From an uncultured delta proteobacterium (GTDB lineage: Bacteria; Desulfobacterota; Binatia; JACPRU01): a stretch of DNA of 64,000 nucleotides. Below are positions 31,320 to 42,077 of this stretch, piece after piece. The notes beneath the pieces are model-generated. The model was not told the origin of the DNA, ran no database searches, and saw nothing but the letters and a program-made list of their open reading frames with translations. A program made the translations under genes and the position numbers. Location: assembly GCA_963712515.1 (NCBI GenBank), contig CAVQIG010000002.1, positions 9,408 to 73,407 on the forward strand, read 5' to 3'. How positions within the stretch are numbered: position 1 is the first letter of the stretch; every line of letters starts with the position of its first letter.

Positions 31320-32832
31320 GTCTGTTGGGTCAGTTCTCGGCGATGTTGGTCGCCTTCTCGATCCTGCTCGGGTTGCTCGGGCTGTTCGCGGCGATGGGGC
31401 TGTTCGCGCGCAACTACATCAAGGTCCCGCCGTCGACGGTGGCGATCTTCTACGGGCGCAAGCACGTCCTCATCGACGAGAAGGGCAATCGCTCGACGGT
31501 CGGCTTCCGCGTCGTCCGCGGCGGCGCGGCGCTCCGGGTTCCGGTGCTCGAGCAGGTCGCGTATCTCTCGCTCAACATCATCTCGATCCCGCTCAAGATC
31601 CAGAAGGCTTACACCAAGGAAGGCGTCGCGGTGACGGTCGAGGCCGTCGCCAACGTGAAGATCGGCGGAGACGACGTCTCGCTGCGCGGCGCGGCGGAGC
31701 GCTTCCTCGGCATGAGCAGCGACCAGATCAAAGGCGTGATCTTCCAGACGCTGGAAGGCCACCTGCGCGCGATCCTTGGCACGCTGACGGTTGAGGAGAT
31801 CAACGCCGACCGGCAGGCGTTCGCCCAGAAGATGACCGACGAGGCCGCCGTCGATCTCAAGAAGATGGGCGTCAACATCGACATCCTGACCATCGAGCAG
31901 ATCAGCGACGAGATGGGCTACCTCGACGCGCTCGGCAAGAAGCGGACCGCCGAGGTCAAGCGCGACGCCGTCATCGGCGAGGCGCAGGCCCAGCGCGACG
32001 CGACGATCAAGTCTGCGACGGCCGATCAGGAAGGGAAGACCAAACGCTACGAGGCGGACGTCGCCATCGCGCAGGCTCTGCGTGACAAGGAATCGCGTCA
32101 GGCCGAGTTCGACGCCGCGGTGAAGGCCAAGCAGGCCGAGGCCGACCAGGCCGGACCGCTCGCGACGGCCGTCGCGCAGGCAGAAGGTCACCGAGCAGGA
32201 GACGAAGATCGATCAGGTGCGGAAGCAGCAGGAAGTGCTCGTACAGACGCAGGAAGCCGCGCGCCACGAGCAGGAGCTACTGGCGACTGTCGTCAAGCCC
32301 GCCGAAGCCGAGCGGCAGGCCGCGATTCTCAAGGCCGAGGGCGAGCGCCAGGCGACCGTGATCCGCGCCGAGGCCACGCAGAAGGAGCTCGAGTTCGAGG
32401 GCGCGGGCGAGGCCGCCAAAATCGAGCGGATCGGCCGCGCGGAGGCCGCGAAGGTGCTGGCCGTCGGCGAGGCCGAGGCCGAGGTCATCAAGAAGAAGCT
32501 GCTCGCCGAGGCCGAGGGGTTGCAGCAAAAGGCCGAGGCCTGGAAGAACTTCAACGATGCGGCCGTCATCAACATGGTCGTCGACAAGATGCCCGAGCTG
32601 GCGCAGGCCTTCGCCACGCAGCTGGCGGGCATCGACAAGATCAACATCATCGAGATGGGCAACGGCGGGCGGCTCCGGCGGCGTGAACAAGATTATGAGC
32701 ACCGTCGGCGGCGGAATGACGGCGATGCTCTCGATGCTCAAGGACCAGTTCGGAGTCGACATCGCCAAGCTGATGCAGGCGAAGACGGACGCGGCGGTCG
32801 TCGACGCGGAGAAGAAGGCCGGGCAGCGCTGA
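31316..32832 (+). CDS. SPFH/band-7 flotillin-like protein (YqiK/FloA-type), two apparent frameshifts (~32195, ~32675)
   Basis: N-terminal TM, SPFH domain (IISIPLKIQKAYTKEGVAVTVEAVANVKI), long Ala/Glu-rich coiled coil (AEAERQAAILKAEGERQA...), C-terminal segment in a third frame; 4-bp overlap with nfeD. Confidence 0.75.
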
Positions 32833-32833
32833 C

Positions 32834-33304
32834 ATGGGGAGCGGAATCGTCTACGAGAGCTCGCTGCCCTGGGACCCCGAGCGGCCCGCCACGACGATCA
32901 TCACGTGCGTCGACGGACGCTGGTACAACCACTTCCAGGAATTCGCGCGCGTGTACCTGAAGGCCGGCACGCGCACGGACTTCGTCGCTGTGCCGGGCGG
33001 CATCGAGCCGATGACGCTGTTCGATCTCGTCCCTAAGGACTTCAACTTCTTCCGGCGCCGTATCGAGAGCCTCGTGGAGTCCCACGGCACGACGCGCATC
33101 GTGGCCATCGCGCACCAGGACTGTGCGTGGTACAAGGTCCGCAAGATCGGGCCCTGGACGGTCGACCTGAAGGATCGCCAGGTGTCCGACTTGCACCGCG
33201 CCGCGGCCCGGCTACGCGAGATGTTCGAGAGCATGAGCGTCGAGACCTACTTCGCGCATCACAGCCCCGCCGATCCCAACAAGGTCGTGTTCGAGGCGGT
33301 GTAG
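32834..33304 (+). CDS. hypothetical protein, third gene of the nfeD-flotillin operon
   Basis: 156 aa; conserved-looking CVDGRW...IAHQDCAW Cys/His pairs (beta-carbonic-anhydrase-like zinc-site spacing is a speculative reading). Confidence 0.4.
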   Translation: MGSGIVYESSLPWDPERPATTIITCVDGRWYNHFQEFARVYLKAGTRTDFVAVPGGIEPMTLFDLVPKDFNFFRRRIESLVESHGTTRIVAIAHQDCAWYKVRKIGPWTVDLKDRQVSDLHRAAARLREMFESMSVETYFAHHSPADPNKVVFEAV

Positions 33305-33608
33305 CCAGCGGAGAGATCGAGTCGGGTCTTTGGGCCCCGGGGGTGACCCAATCACCGGGGTGCGGGACCAGCAGACGGCGAAGGTCTCCGCGGACACCTC
33401 CCCTACTACCCTACACCCCGCCGGCGTCGCTCACGAGCGCCATCGGCCGACGCGCGTGGGCGAGCGCCCATAGCCCGTTTTACGGCCGCAACACGTTCCG
33501 CGCCGCGCTCCTGCTTCAGACCAAGCGCGGCTTCACCGATCCGGGCGCCCGCGGCTAGGGAGCGTGACATTGCTCTCCTCCTTTCGCGTCGAAAAAGGTG
33601 AGCTCGGT

Positions 33609-34118
33609 CTACGAGCTACCGTCACCGGACGTCGCGGTGCTCCCATCCGACGTCGGGCTGCTGCCGCTCGCAGTCGAGCCGAAAACCTGCTGGAAGATCT
33701 GCTTTCGCTGCGCTTGCAGTTGCCTCAGCTGGTTGAGAACCGTAGTCGCCTGCTTTGCGTTGGGAGCGCCCTGGAAGAGGGTTCCCCATACCGTCATCGC
33801 CTCCTGAGCGAGGGCCTGCTGTGCGCTCGCATAGGCTGAAATCTGGCTTGCGCACGAGCTTCCCGAGACCAAGCAAGTCGTCAGGGCCTCGCGCGCGCTC
33901 CGCAGGTTGGAGCGGTCGGTCTTGAGAGTCGAATCGTTCTTGAACGCCGTGGCGATCTGGCTCCTACTCAAACCCGCGGCGTGCGCGAGCAGCCAAAGAT
34001 TCCCGTTTTCGCCGCCTCGATGACCTCCCCTGCCGTGTGCGGACGCCGCGCCGTGCATCGCCGCCACGGCGATGATCGAGACGACGCCGACCAGCGACAC
34101 TACACCTTTTCGAGTCAT
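33609..34118 (-). CDS. secreted hypothetical protein (Spy/CpxP-like periplasmic helical protein?)
   Basis: Signal peptide VVSIIAVAAMHGAASA; Gln/Ala-rich helical body; weak family assignment. Confidence 0.35.
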   Translation of the reverse strand: MTRKGVVSLVGVVSIIAVAAMHGAASAHGRGGHRGGENGNLWLLAHAAGLSRSQIATAFKNDSTLKTDRSNLRSAREALTTCLVSGSSCASQISAYASAQQALAQEAMTVWGTLFQGAPNAKQATTVLNQLRQLQAQRKQIFQQVFGSTASGSSPTSDGSTATSGDGSS

Positions 34119-34379
34119 TGCCTTCTCCTCCTGTTCGAGCCCTTGTGCGGGCTTCTGAGTTTGAGACGGGGGAGCGAGGCGGTTGGTTGACCTCGATGCG
34201 GATCGGGAGATCGGACGGCGGCATTGGTCTCGACACCGAGCGCGCCCGGGCCGTCGTCACCGGCTCGTCGTGCCGCGGGCGGCGTTCAGCACCTGCCTGG
34301 CTACGGAGAACGCAGCCTCCGCGACAAACAGGTCCTCAGCCTGGAGGCCAGCGATGACGATCGATTGTGCTCTTCCTAC

Positions 34380-34761
34380 TCGACATCGATTTTTCAGCCC
34401 CGGCAGTTGCGGAGGTCGTTCTTGGCGTTGTTGATGTCGTCCTTGTACCACTGCGGGCCTTGGGGTGCTTGGCGGGATCGATCTGGCGGACCCGCTCACT
34501 GTCGTAGCGAATGCGCTCGTGGATGGCCCCGCAATCGCGGGTGTTGTCCCCGTGAACGTGGCCGTCGTGATCGCTCTCGTGATGCTCGTGCCACCAGCGG
34601 GCGTGATCGTGGTTGCCGTCATGGTCGTAATGACGATCATGGTCGTAGTGACGATCGTGGTCATCATCCGCCCACGCGGTCGACGCGAAGGTCGAGGGAA
34701 GAGACATTTGCATCAGGCCCGCTGCCAAGACCCCCGTGAGAAACGTCGTTCGCCAACTCAT
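34380..34761 (-). CDS. secreted His/Asp-rich protein, putative periplasmic metal-binding protein
   Basis: Signal peptide then DDDHDRHYDHDRHYDHDGNHDHARWWHEHHESDHDGHVHGD; an alternative frame near the 3' end (…PQWYKDDINNAKNDLRNCRG*) suggests a frameshift; ORF 34257..34667 (T-rich) is a frame artefact of the same repeats. Confidence 0.4.
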
Positions 34762-35029
34762 GAATTCGCTCCTTTCGGCGTGCAAAGCTCGATCGTCCCC
34801 CCGCGCCGTCGACCCGATCGTGCCCAGCAGCCCGCGTTCCGGCACTGGAGGAGGCCACGAGCGCTTGAACACGGACACGGGTGCATTCGGCGCGGATTCC
34901 TCAGCTCTCCTGGAGTCCTGCATACTTGCCGGCTCGACGAGGCACCGGAGCGCGACGCTGGGCGAAAGCTGCGCAACTACAGAAGATCAGAATTCCTCGG
35001 CTCCCGCCCATAGGTACGGCGTTTCCTGT

Positions 35030-35722
35030 TCACGGCGCGCACTGTACCAGCACCGTCACCCCGAGCGCGTCGGGAGGCCGTGCCTTGTCCGGAGCACGGC
35101 TGGGAGCCTCGCAGCTCTCGGTGGCGAGGATCGGAGTATCCAGAATCCACTCCCCCGCTATCGAAGTGCCGCTGAACGCATCGCTGCTCGGCACTACCGG
35201 GTCCAACTTCAGGTCTCGACCCTCGTGCCTGATGGAGATTGGCCGCGCCGTAGCGATGGCGACCCTAGTGACCCGGATCGCGGGGCCCCAGTCGTCCGAC
35301 GAAAGGAGCGCGACGGCGACGACGTGATCACCTCGGCACTCGGTACGTCCGCCGATCGCGATCTTGCGGCCGTCGTTCGGAATCACCTCGATCACCTGTT
35401 CCTCGCGAAACACGCCCCCACCTCGCCGTGCGTCGAGTGTGAATAGCGTGTCGTGCTGCACGGAGCAGGCCCGGCGGCCTTCGGGTTCGACTGGCCCCGC
35501 GCAGGCGGCACTCGGGAGCGACAAGAGCTGCGCCGTACCCGTTGCCGTCCAGGATAGCTCGACCACGTCTCCCGGACACGTGGTGTGCCTGCTCGCCTTG
35601 AAGGACGTGACAGCCGGGCAGCCCACACTGAAACTTGTGCAGAGACATCCCGCAGCGCCGAGCGCGAGCGACGCCCCGACTACGATGGTTGGGAAGAGGT
35701 CGCGGAGAGCCGATGCCGTCAT
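35030..35722 (-). CDS. lipoprotein, hypothetical
   Basis: LALGAAGC lipobox after MTASALRDLFPTIVVGAS; no family recognised. Confidence 0.4.
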   Translation of the reverse strand: MTASALRDLFPTIVVGASLALGAAGCLCTSFSVGCPAVTSFKASRHTTCPGDVVELSWTATGTAQLLSLPSAACAGPVEPEGRRACSVQHDTLFTLDARRGGGVFREEQVIEVIPNDGRKIAIGGRTECRGDHVVAVALLSSDDWGPAIRVTRVAIATARPISIRHEGRDLKLDPVVPSSDAFSGTSIAGEWILDTPILATESCEAPSRAPDKARPPDALGVTVLVQCAP

Positions 35723-35887
35723 GCGCTCTTTGCGGGTCATGGGCTGGCTGATTCTGTGGTGAGCAGAGCCTCGGGCAAAATCGGGATGTCGTGCTCGGCG
35801 AGGCGCCGGGCCAACAGGTCAGCGACGATCGACCGCTCGGCGGCCGGCGGACGGCGCGACCTGTTTCGCAGACGATGACACGCGCGC

Positions 35888-36859
35888 TCAACCGCGCATG
35901 ACGGAAGCGAACGCCTCGAGCTCGCGCGGGATGTCCGGCCCGGCCGGCTGATAGGCGATCTCCGTCGCGCCCTGCGACTCCATCACGGCCAGGCGCTCCC
36001 GCCAAGCCGCTCTCGTCGCAGCCAACCCCTGCTGAGCGAGAACCTCGCCGGTGACGAACCGCCGGTCGCGGTCGTTGACCGCGATCAGGTGCTGGTCGTG
36101 CATCGCCAGATGCCGGACGCGCTCGGGCACGCTTCGATAGGCCGCCAGCCATTCCTTGCCGCCGGGAATCGTGTCGAGGCGGCGGTTCTCGACGGCAAAG
36201 TGAAAGCCAACCGCGGCCGCGTGACCGGCCGCGGCGATCGCGCGCGCCGAGCCGGGGGCTTCGCCGTCCTCGAGCACGGTGCCCATCGTCAACACGATGC
36301 TCCACTTGAATTCGGCAATCGGCACCCACGCGCCGAAGATCCCGCCGCCAACCTCGCGCGCCGCCGCCACTCCCTTCGGTCCGGCCGCGGCGATCACGAA
36401 CGGCACGTCGATCGGCCGTGGCGCTCCGAAACCGGCGGGATGCAGCATCTTCATCACCCCGCCCTCCCACTGGACCTCCTCGCCGCGCAGCAAGGCGCGC
36501 AGCACGCGCACGTACTCGGAGACGAACGTCCACTTGAGGGGACGCTGCCCCATCGTCAGCCGGCCCGTGAATCCGGAGCCGATGCCGACCACCACCCGGT
36601 CCTGACCGGCCATCGAGACCAGCGTGGCGATCGCCGCGGCATTCGCCATCGGGTGGCGCAGGTTCGGCACCAGCACACCCGGCCCGAGCCCGATCCGCTT
36701 CGTCCGCTCGGCCGCGCGGCAGAGCTGCACCCACACGTCGGGGTAGAGCGCCGGCGAATCGTAGAACCACGCGCGCACGTAACCGAGCTCCTCGGCGATC
36801 CGCGCGTGCTCGTGGCTCCGGTCGGAAGTTGCGAATGCACAGGCGAGGGTCAGGGCCAT
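35888..36859 (-). CDS. LLM-class F420/flavin-dependent oxidoreductase
   Basis: MALTLACAFATSDRSHEHARIAEELGY...; luciferase-like TIM barrel; start at ATG 36859. Confidence 0.7.
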   Translation of the reverse strand: MALTLACAFATSDRSHEHARIAEELGYVRAWFYDSPALYPDVWVQLCRAAERTKRIGLGPGVLVPNLRHPMANAAAIATLVSMAGQDRVVVGIGSGFTGRLTMGQRPLKWTFVSEYVRVLRALLRGEEVQWEGGVMKMLHPAGFGAPRPIDVPFVIAAAGPKGVAAAREVGGGIFGAWVPIAEFKWSIVLTMGTVLEDGEAPGSARAIAAAGHAAAVGFHFAVENRRLDTIPGGKEWLAAYRSVPERVRHLAMHDQHLIAVNDRDRRFVTGEVLAQQGLAATRAAWRERLAVMESQGATEIAYQPAGPDIPRELEAFASVMRG

Positions 36860-36992
36860 GGGGATTCCTCCGAGTCGGCGGACGCTAGCACGTTCCGTTT
36901 TCGTGTTCGACGCCCCGGCTGAAAATCTGGATGGATGGCTATCGGCGGCCTCGTAGTGGCGCCCGAGGGAGCCCTCGTGGTAGCAGGCCGTC

Positions 36993-37496
36993 ATGTCCAT
37001 CACCGAGCGTACGCACCGCCGTATCCGTTCGCCCGGCGACGGTGCGCAGACTCGCCGCGCCCGTGCGCAACCCTTGCCCGCGCGGCCTGCCAACATCGGG
37101 GCGCACCCGCTCAAGCGGACGCGCTCGAAGGGGGAGGATCGCGCCGTCGAGCGCTTGCGCCGCATCTGCCTCGGACTGCCCGGGGTCACGGAGAAGATCG
37201 CCTGGGGCGAGCTCACCTGGAGGGTCGGAAAAATCTTCGCCCAGATGGACACACATCATCACGGCGCCGACCACATCGCGGTCTGGCTCGCGGTGCCTCC
37301 CGGTCTGCAAGAAGCGCTCGTCGAGGAGGATCCGGTGCGGTTCTTCCGACCGCCGTACGTCGGTAGCAAGGGTTGGGTGGGCGTCCGGATCGACGGCCGG
37401 CCCGACTGGAAGGTGGTAGCAGGTGTCGTGCGCGACGCTCACGACTTCATCACGTCGTTGCAAACCCGGCGACGATCGCTGCCATCGCATCGCTAA
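36993..37496 (+). CDS. MmcQ/YjbR-family protein (start codon uncertain, probably internal)
   Basis: RLRRICLGLPGVTEKIAWGELTWRVGKIFAQM...PYVGSKGWVGVRIDG matches YjbR family. Confidence 0.45.
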   Translation: MSITERTHRRIRSPGDGAQTRRARAQPLPARPANIGAHPLKRTRSKGEDRAVERLRRICLGLPGVTEKIAWGELTWRVGKIFAQMDTHHHGADHIAVWLAVPPGLQEALVEEDPVRFFRPPYVGSKGWVGVRIDGRPDWKVVAGVVRDAHDFITSLQTRRRSLPSHR

Positions 37497-37767
37497 ACGA
37501 ATCGACGGCTGGTAGCGCACGGACCGAGGGCCTCTTCGCCCTCTCCTGCGGCAGTGCGACGCCGAATAGCTCGCAGCAGCGTGACGCGGGCTTGGAAGCG
37601 GTGCGAGTCCCTTTGCTCCTCCCGCCAAGTCGAGCACTGTGCGTGTCACGCCTCGGAACGCCTGAAAAATTGATCGAGGCTATCAAGTCCATTCGTCCCG
37701 TGACGTTGTTCTTCATCCGTCCCTGTTTCTTCCACGAGCCGCCTACGCTACGAAGGAATTGGATCTG

Positions 37768-38482
37768 CATGAGCGCTTCACCTGCCTGTCTGTTGCTTGC
37801 CGCGACCCTGTGCACTCCTGGCGCGCTCGGGGTGCCAGCGAATCAACGGTCTGATTCTCAACCACGGGAGGATCGGACGGGCATCGCGACTGCCGTGGCG
37901 GCGCCGCAGACTTTATCGCCGACCCAACCAGCAAAGGGGCGCTTCCTCGTCGCCAGCCACAGCCTCGCCGATCCGAACTTTTCCGAGACGGTCGTGTTGC
38001 TGCTTGCCTACGAGCCAACTGGAGCGATGGGTGTCATCATCAATCGACCGGCGGACGTACGCCTAGGGTCCGTCTTGCGCGACGTCGAAGAGCTCCGCGG
38101 CCGGCCGGACCCAGTGTATCTCGGCGGACCGGTCGCCGGAAACCTGCTCCTCGTTCTCATCCGCGCCGCGCGGCAGCCGGAGTCGTCGGAGGCCATTTTC
38201 GAAGGCGTGTACGTCAGCGGCAGCCGCGCCGCCCTGCGCAAGGCGCTCAGCAAGGCTGGAAAGAGGAACCGAGTACGTGGTTACGCAGGTCACGCGGGCT
38301 GGGGCCTGGGGCAACTGGACCGCGAAATCGCCCGCGGTGACTGGCACGTAACCGCCGCCGATGCGGCAATGGTTTTCGACATGACAGCGTCGGCAATATG
38401 GCCCGAGCTGATCCAACGGTTCTCGGGTGAGTGGACGCGCCGCGAAGCGCCCACTGAACCTGATGGTCGTCGAATCGAATAG
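37768..38482 (+). CDS. YqgE/AlgH-family (UPF0301) protein
   Basis: GRFLVASHSLADPNFSETVVLLLAYEPTGAMGVIINRP...GGPVAGNLLLVL...AGHAGWGLGQLDREI. Confidence 0.7.
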
Positions 38483-38646
38483 AACTCGAGGCGCCTCAAC
38501 GGCAAGAAGGTGACGGAGCAGGGCGTGTGGACGTTCGCGCTGCAGAAGACGGCCGCGGGTTGGCGGATCGCGGGCTGGGCTTGGGCGCAGCACTGAGGCG
38601 CGTTCGATCTCGGCGCTCGCACCGGCCGCCGTCCAGCGCGACGACC

Positions 38647-38782
38647 CCGGTCGGCTTTTTCGAGCGCGCGCTACGCTTCTTTGCTCAGTACGGAATCAAG
38701 CGCATCGAGCGCGTGATGACCGACGACGGATCGTGCTACGTGTCGCGACGGTTTCGTCGTCCCTTGGATCGTCACCAGATTT
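38647..38782 (+). mobile_element. internal fragment (~45 aa) of an IS481-family DDE transposase
   Basis: PVGFFERALRFFAQYGIKRIERVMTDDGSCYVSRRFRRPLDRHQI matches the IS481 integrase-core region (…ERVMTDNGSCY…); preceded (38487-38590) by a C-terminal fragment of an NTF2/SnoaL-like ORF (…GVWTFALQKTAAGWRIAGWAWAQH*). Confidence 0.45.
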
Positions 38783-40406
38783 GCCACCACCTGCGCGCTC
38801 GCGGCGGCTCCGGCTCGGGCTTCGGCGCCTGCGGCAGCCCGGCCGCGAGCTCCGGCGCCTGCGCTTCGAGCGCGCGGCGCACGTCGCTTGTAAGCGGTTG
38901 CTGCGCCGCGAAAATCCAGCGCAGGCGCTCGGTCACTTCGGGCGCGGGATCACCCAGGCGCGCGATCACCATCAACAACGCCGGATCCGGCAGCGGCAGC
39001 CGTCGCGTCAGCGCATGGGCCGCCCACACGCGCACCTCGAGCTTCTCCGCATCGAGCACGGCCGCGAGACGCGTGCTCACCGCGTCGCCGAACGGCGCGA
39101 GACACGAGATGAAGCGAATCCCCTCGGCATCGCGGAAGAGCGCATCAGGAAGGTCTTCCGACCTGAATTCGTCTCCCACAAACTCGTGCTTCGGGACCTC
39201 GCACATGACGTCGACCACGTCGCTCGCCAGCGGGCGTTGCAGGAGATGTCTAGCGGCGTCGACAGCGAGCGCGCGTAACTGCTCGCGTGTCATCCATCCC
39301 ATGTGTACTGCGAAGTGGGCGAGTTCGAGCTGCAGCGCCGAGACGTCGAGCTCGTAGACGAGCGCGAGGACGCGCTCGCGCGCGGCTTCGTTCCCCTGAA
39401 TTTCCTCGAACAACCGGCGCTCTTCGCCTTGCATCTCCTCGTACGGGTGTCGGTTGACGAACACCTGGATGCTCGGGACGAAGGCAAGGAGGTCGCTCCG
39501 ATCCACTAGATGCTCGACGATCCCGAGGCGACGCTCCACCGGCTCGCGCTCATTGTAGAGCGTGCAGATGAGATCACGGTCGGCCGCCGCGGGCTCAGAG
39601 GGTGACAGCCCCGACGCCTCGATGAAGCTCGTCCCGGCAAACGCAGCCGCGAGGGCGCGGTTCGACGGGCCGTCGCGCCGCACCTGCTCGAGATGGCTCC
39701 GATAATCGCCTACGGTGCTGAAATACCGCTCGAGCATCGGTCCGGTGTACTCTCCGGTCGGAGCGACGGAGGAGAAGCCGTAGACCCGTGGGACGCCCAT
39801 GAAGATGCGCCGCAAAGCCTCCCGGAAGGTCGGACCCAGTGGGCCGTAGCGCATCGCCACGACGCGCTCGGCGGAGGTGCGGTCGAAGCCGTGGTTGAGA
39901 AGAACTTGCAGATAGCCCGCCGGGGTACGGAGGTCCTGGTCCTTCGTCGCCAGCGTGTTGCAGGCGAGAAGGAAGACCTCGCGCGGCGCATGGAAGAGAC
40001 CATCGCAGCGCGCCTGGCAGGAAGCTTCCTCCATCTCCTGGAGGCTGAGCGAGCGACCGTAGCGCCCAAAGAACTTGCCCGCGAACTCCGCCGAGAAGAC
40101 CGCGACGTCGCACTGGATATTGCTGGGGCAGACCTCCTGCAACCATCCGCGGTCGTCTTGTATCGTCCCTGGTGCCGCGCCCACGTCCACGCGTGTCGCG
40201 CCGAGCCCTGAAGGCGGGCTCAGGTCGAGGAACTCGAAGTCCGTCGCGGGTAGCCGCGATTCGAACGCCGCGACCTCTTCGGGACCACCGAAGCTGAAGG
40301 TGCAGACCCTGAGCTGCTGCGCGCGCACTTCAACGGCGAAGACCAACGACAGGAGAAGAGCGAGGATCGAGATTCGTAGCACGAAATCGGTTGACTCGGT
40401 TGACAT
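38772..40406 (-). CDS. large secreted hypothetical protein (alpha-helical/HEAT-like C-terminus)
   Basis: Signal peptide at MSTESTDFVLRISILALLLSLVFAVEVRA; 545 aa; no family recognised. Confidence 0.45.
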   Translation of the reverse strand: MSTESTDFVLRISILALLLSLVFAVEVRAQQLRVCTFSFGGPEEVAAFESRLPATDFEFLDLSPPSGLGATRVDVGAAPGTIQDDRGWLQEVCPSNIQCDVAVFSAEFAGKFFGRYGRSLSLQEMEEASCQARCDGLFHAPREVFLLACNTLATKDQDLRTPAGYLQVLLNHGFDRTSAERVVAMRYGPLGPTFREALRRIFMGVPRVYGFSSVAPTGEYTGPMLERYFSTVGDYRSHLEQVRRDGPSNRALAAAFAGTSFIEASGLSPSEPAAADRDLICTLYNEREPVERRLGIVEHLVDRSDLLAFVPSIQVFVNRHPYEEMQGEERRLFEEIQGNEAARERVLALVYELDVSALQLELAHFAVHMGWMTREQLRALAVDAARHLLQRPLASDVVDVMCEVPKHEFVGDEFRSEDLPDALFRDAEGIRFISCLAPFGDAVSTRLAAVLDAEKLEVRVWAAHALTRRLPLPDPALLMVIARLGDPAPEVTERLRWIFAAQQPLTSDVRRALEAQAPELAAGLPQAPKPEPEPPRARRWWQIW

Positions 40407-40485
40407 CGAATCGCTCGAAACGCAAGTTAGCGTGTCCGCATAAGCGGAGATCGCCAGCACGCACCCGACCACGCGTGATGGAGGA

Positions 40486-41940
40486 ATGTTGAGACCCCAG
40501 ACGGGGAAACTTGCAGTCCTGTGCCTCTGCACGATCGCGCTAGCGGTGCTGCGGCGTTCGAGCGTCGCGTCTGCCGAACAAGACGGTGACGCCTGGCACT
40601 CGCCGCGAGGTGAGTCACGCCTCGTCGAGTGGTTCGCGAGCCGCAGCCTCCCCTACCCGCCGCGTTCGGTGACGCTGATCGCGCTCAAGTCCGAAGCGCG
40701 GCTCGAGCTCTGGGCCGAGGCGGAGAGCGGCTGGACGTTCGTCCGCTCGTACCTCGTACAATCGACGAGCGGGAAGCTCGGGCCGAAGCTGCGTGAGGGA
40801 GATCATCAGGTTCCAGAGGGCACCTATCGGGTGCGCGCGCTCAACCCGCGCAGCCTTTACCACTTGGCGCTCGCCCTCGACTATCCCAACGCGTTCGACG
40901 AAGCGCGGGGACGCGAGGACGGCAGGGTGCGACTCGGCGGCGGCATCATGATCCACGGCGACCGCGTGACCGACGGCTGCCTCCCCGTGGGCAACGACGC
41001 CATTGAAGAGCTGTTCGCACTGGCGACACGGGTCGGCGTGAAGAATGTTTCGGTGATCATCAGCCCCGCGGATCTGCGCCGCGTCGACGCGACAACCATG
41101 GCCGCACGAACGCCGCTGCGGCCGCCCTGGCTGGCGGAACTGTACGCCGATATCGCGCACGCGCTGCGCCAGTTTCCCCTGCCGCCAAAAGACGCGGGCG
41201 CTCCGGCGGGGCTGCGCGCGCAACATGAAGACAAAGATGCAGCCCGATGCGCACCGTACGACGCCGCCGACTGCGTGATTCAATGTCAAAGCGGAGACAT
41301 GGCGAGCTGCGCGCGCGCCGGCGTCTTGTACAGCGGCGGCCGTGGGGTCAGGGCGAACGCCACCCGAGCGTGGGCTCTGCTGAACCGCTCCTGTGCGAGC
41401 GGTGACGCGTTTGGCTGCGGCGCTTTGAGTGAGCTCGTTCTCGCCGATGACGGCCTGAAGCGCGATGCAGCACGCGCCGCCGCCTTGGCGCGAGCTGCTT
41501 GCGACGGCGGCGACGGCCACGGCTGCGCGCGGCTCGCACAGCTCTGCAACGACAGGGTCCTCTATCCGAACAGTCCGGAGGAGTGCAGCGAGGAAAACGT
41601 CATGCGGCTACGCGAGCGTGCAGTCGCCGAGCTTACTTCCACCTGCAAGGGGTGGGCGGGCTACGACTGCTACACGCTGGCGACGATCTACGCGCCCGGC
41701 GACCCGGCGACGGCCGTTCGTTTCGCCGAGGGTTCGTGCAGCGCGGGCGACCCGGGCGGCTGCGACCTGCTCGGCGCGCTGTACGAGCGCAACGGCGACG
41801 CCGAGCGTGCGCGCATCGCCTCCGCTCGCGCCTGCCATGCCGGCTACGCCGCCTCCTGTGCCCGCATCGACGAGGCGATCGCAGACGGCGGAAGCGCCCT
41901 TCCCCAGATCGCGAGCGGCAGCCCGCTGCCGTCTTGGTAG
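40486..41940 (+). CDS. L,D-transpeptidase (YkuD) catalytic domain fused to Sel1-like cysteine-rich repeats
   Basis: Signal peptide; GTYRVRALNP...GGGIMIHGDRVTDGC (His/Cys catalytic pair); C-terminal repeats CARAGVLYSGGRGV...A..LL.RSCASGDAFGCGAL... typical Sel1/Hcp-like. Confidence 0.65.
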   Translation: MLRPQTGKLAVLCLCTIALAVLRRSSVASAEQDGDAWHSPRGESRLVEWFASRSLPYPPRSVTLIALKSEARLELWAEAESGWTFVRSYLVQSTSGKLGPKLREGDHQVPEGTYRVRALNPRSLYHLALALDYPNAFDEARGREDGRVRLGGGIMIHGDRVTDGCLPVGNDAIEELFALATRVGVKNVSVIISPADLRRVDATTMAARTPLRPPWLAELYADIAHALRQFPLPPKDAGAPAGLRAQHEDKDAARCAPYDAADCVIQCQSGDMASCARAGVLYSGGRGVRANATRAWALLNRSCASGDAFGCGALSELVLADDGLKRDAARAAALARAACDGGDGHGCARLAQLCNDRVLYPNSPEECSEENVMRLRERAVAELTSTCKGWAGYDCYTLATIYAPGDPATAVRFAEGSCSAGDPGGCDLLGALYERNGDAERARIASARACHAGYAASCARIDEAIADGGSALPQIASGSPLPSW

Positions 41941-42077
41941 GAACACTACCCCGCGCGGGCGCAGCAACCGGCAAAGCGGGCGTAGAGCGTTGCTGCGAGC
42001 AGGGCCCCATACGACTTCGATGGGCTCTCGCGGCACCACTGACGTAACCGGGTCTCCCGCTCGATCTTGAGCACGGT

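Noticed and set aside
34257-34667. Thr/Ile-rich 136-aa ORF (MMTTIVTTTMIVITT…)
   Set aside because: It is an alternative frame across the His/Asp-codon repeats (cac/gac/cat) of the His-rich protein gene on the same strand, hence a frame artefact.
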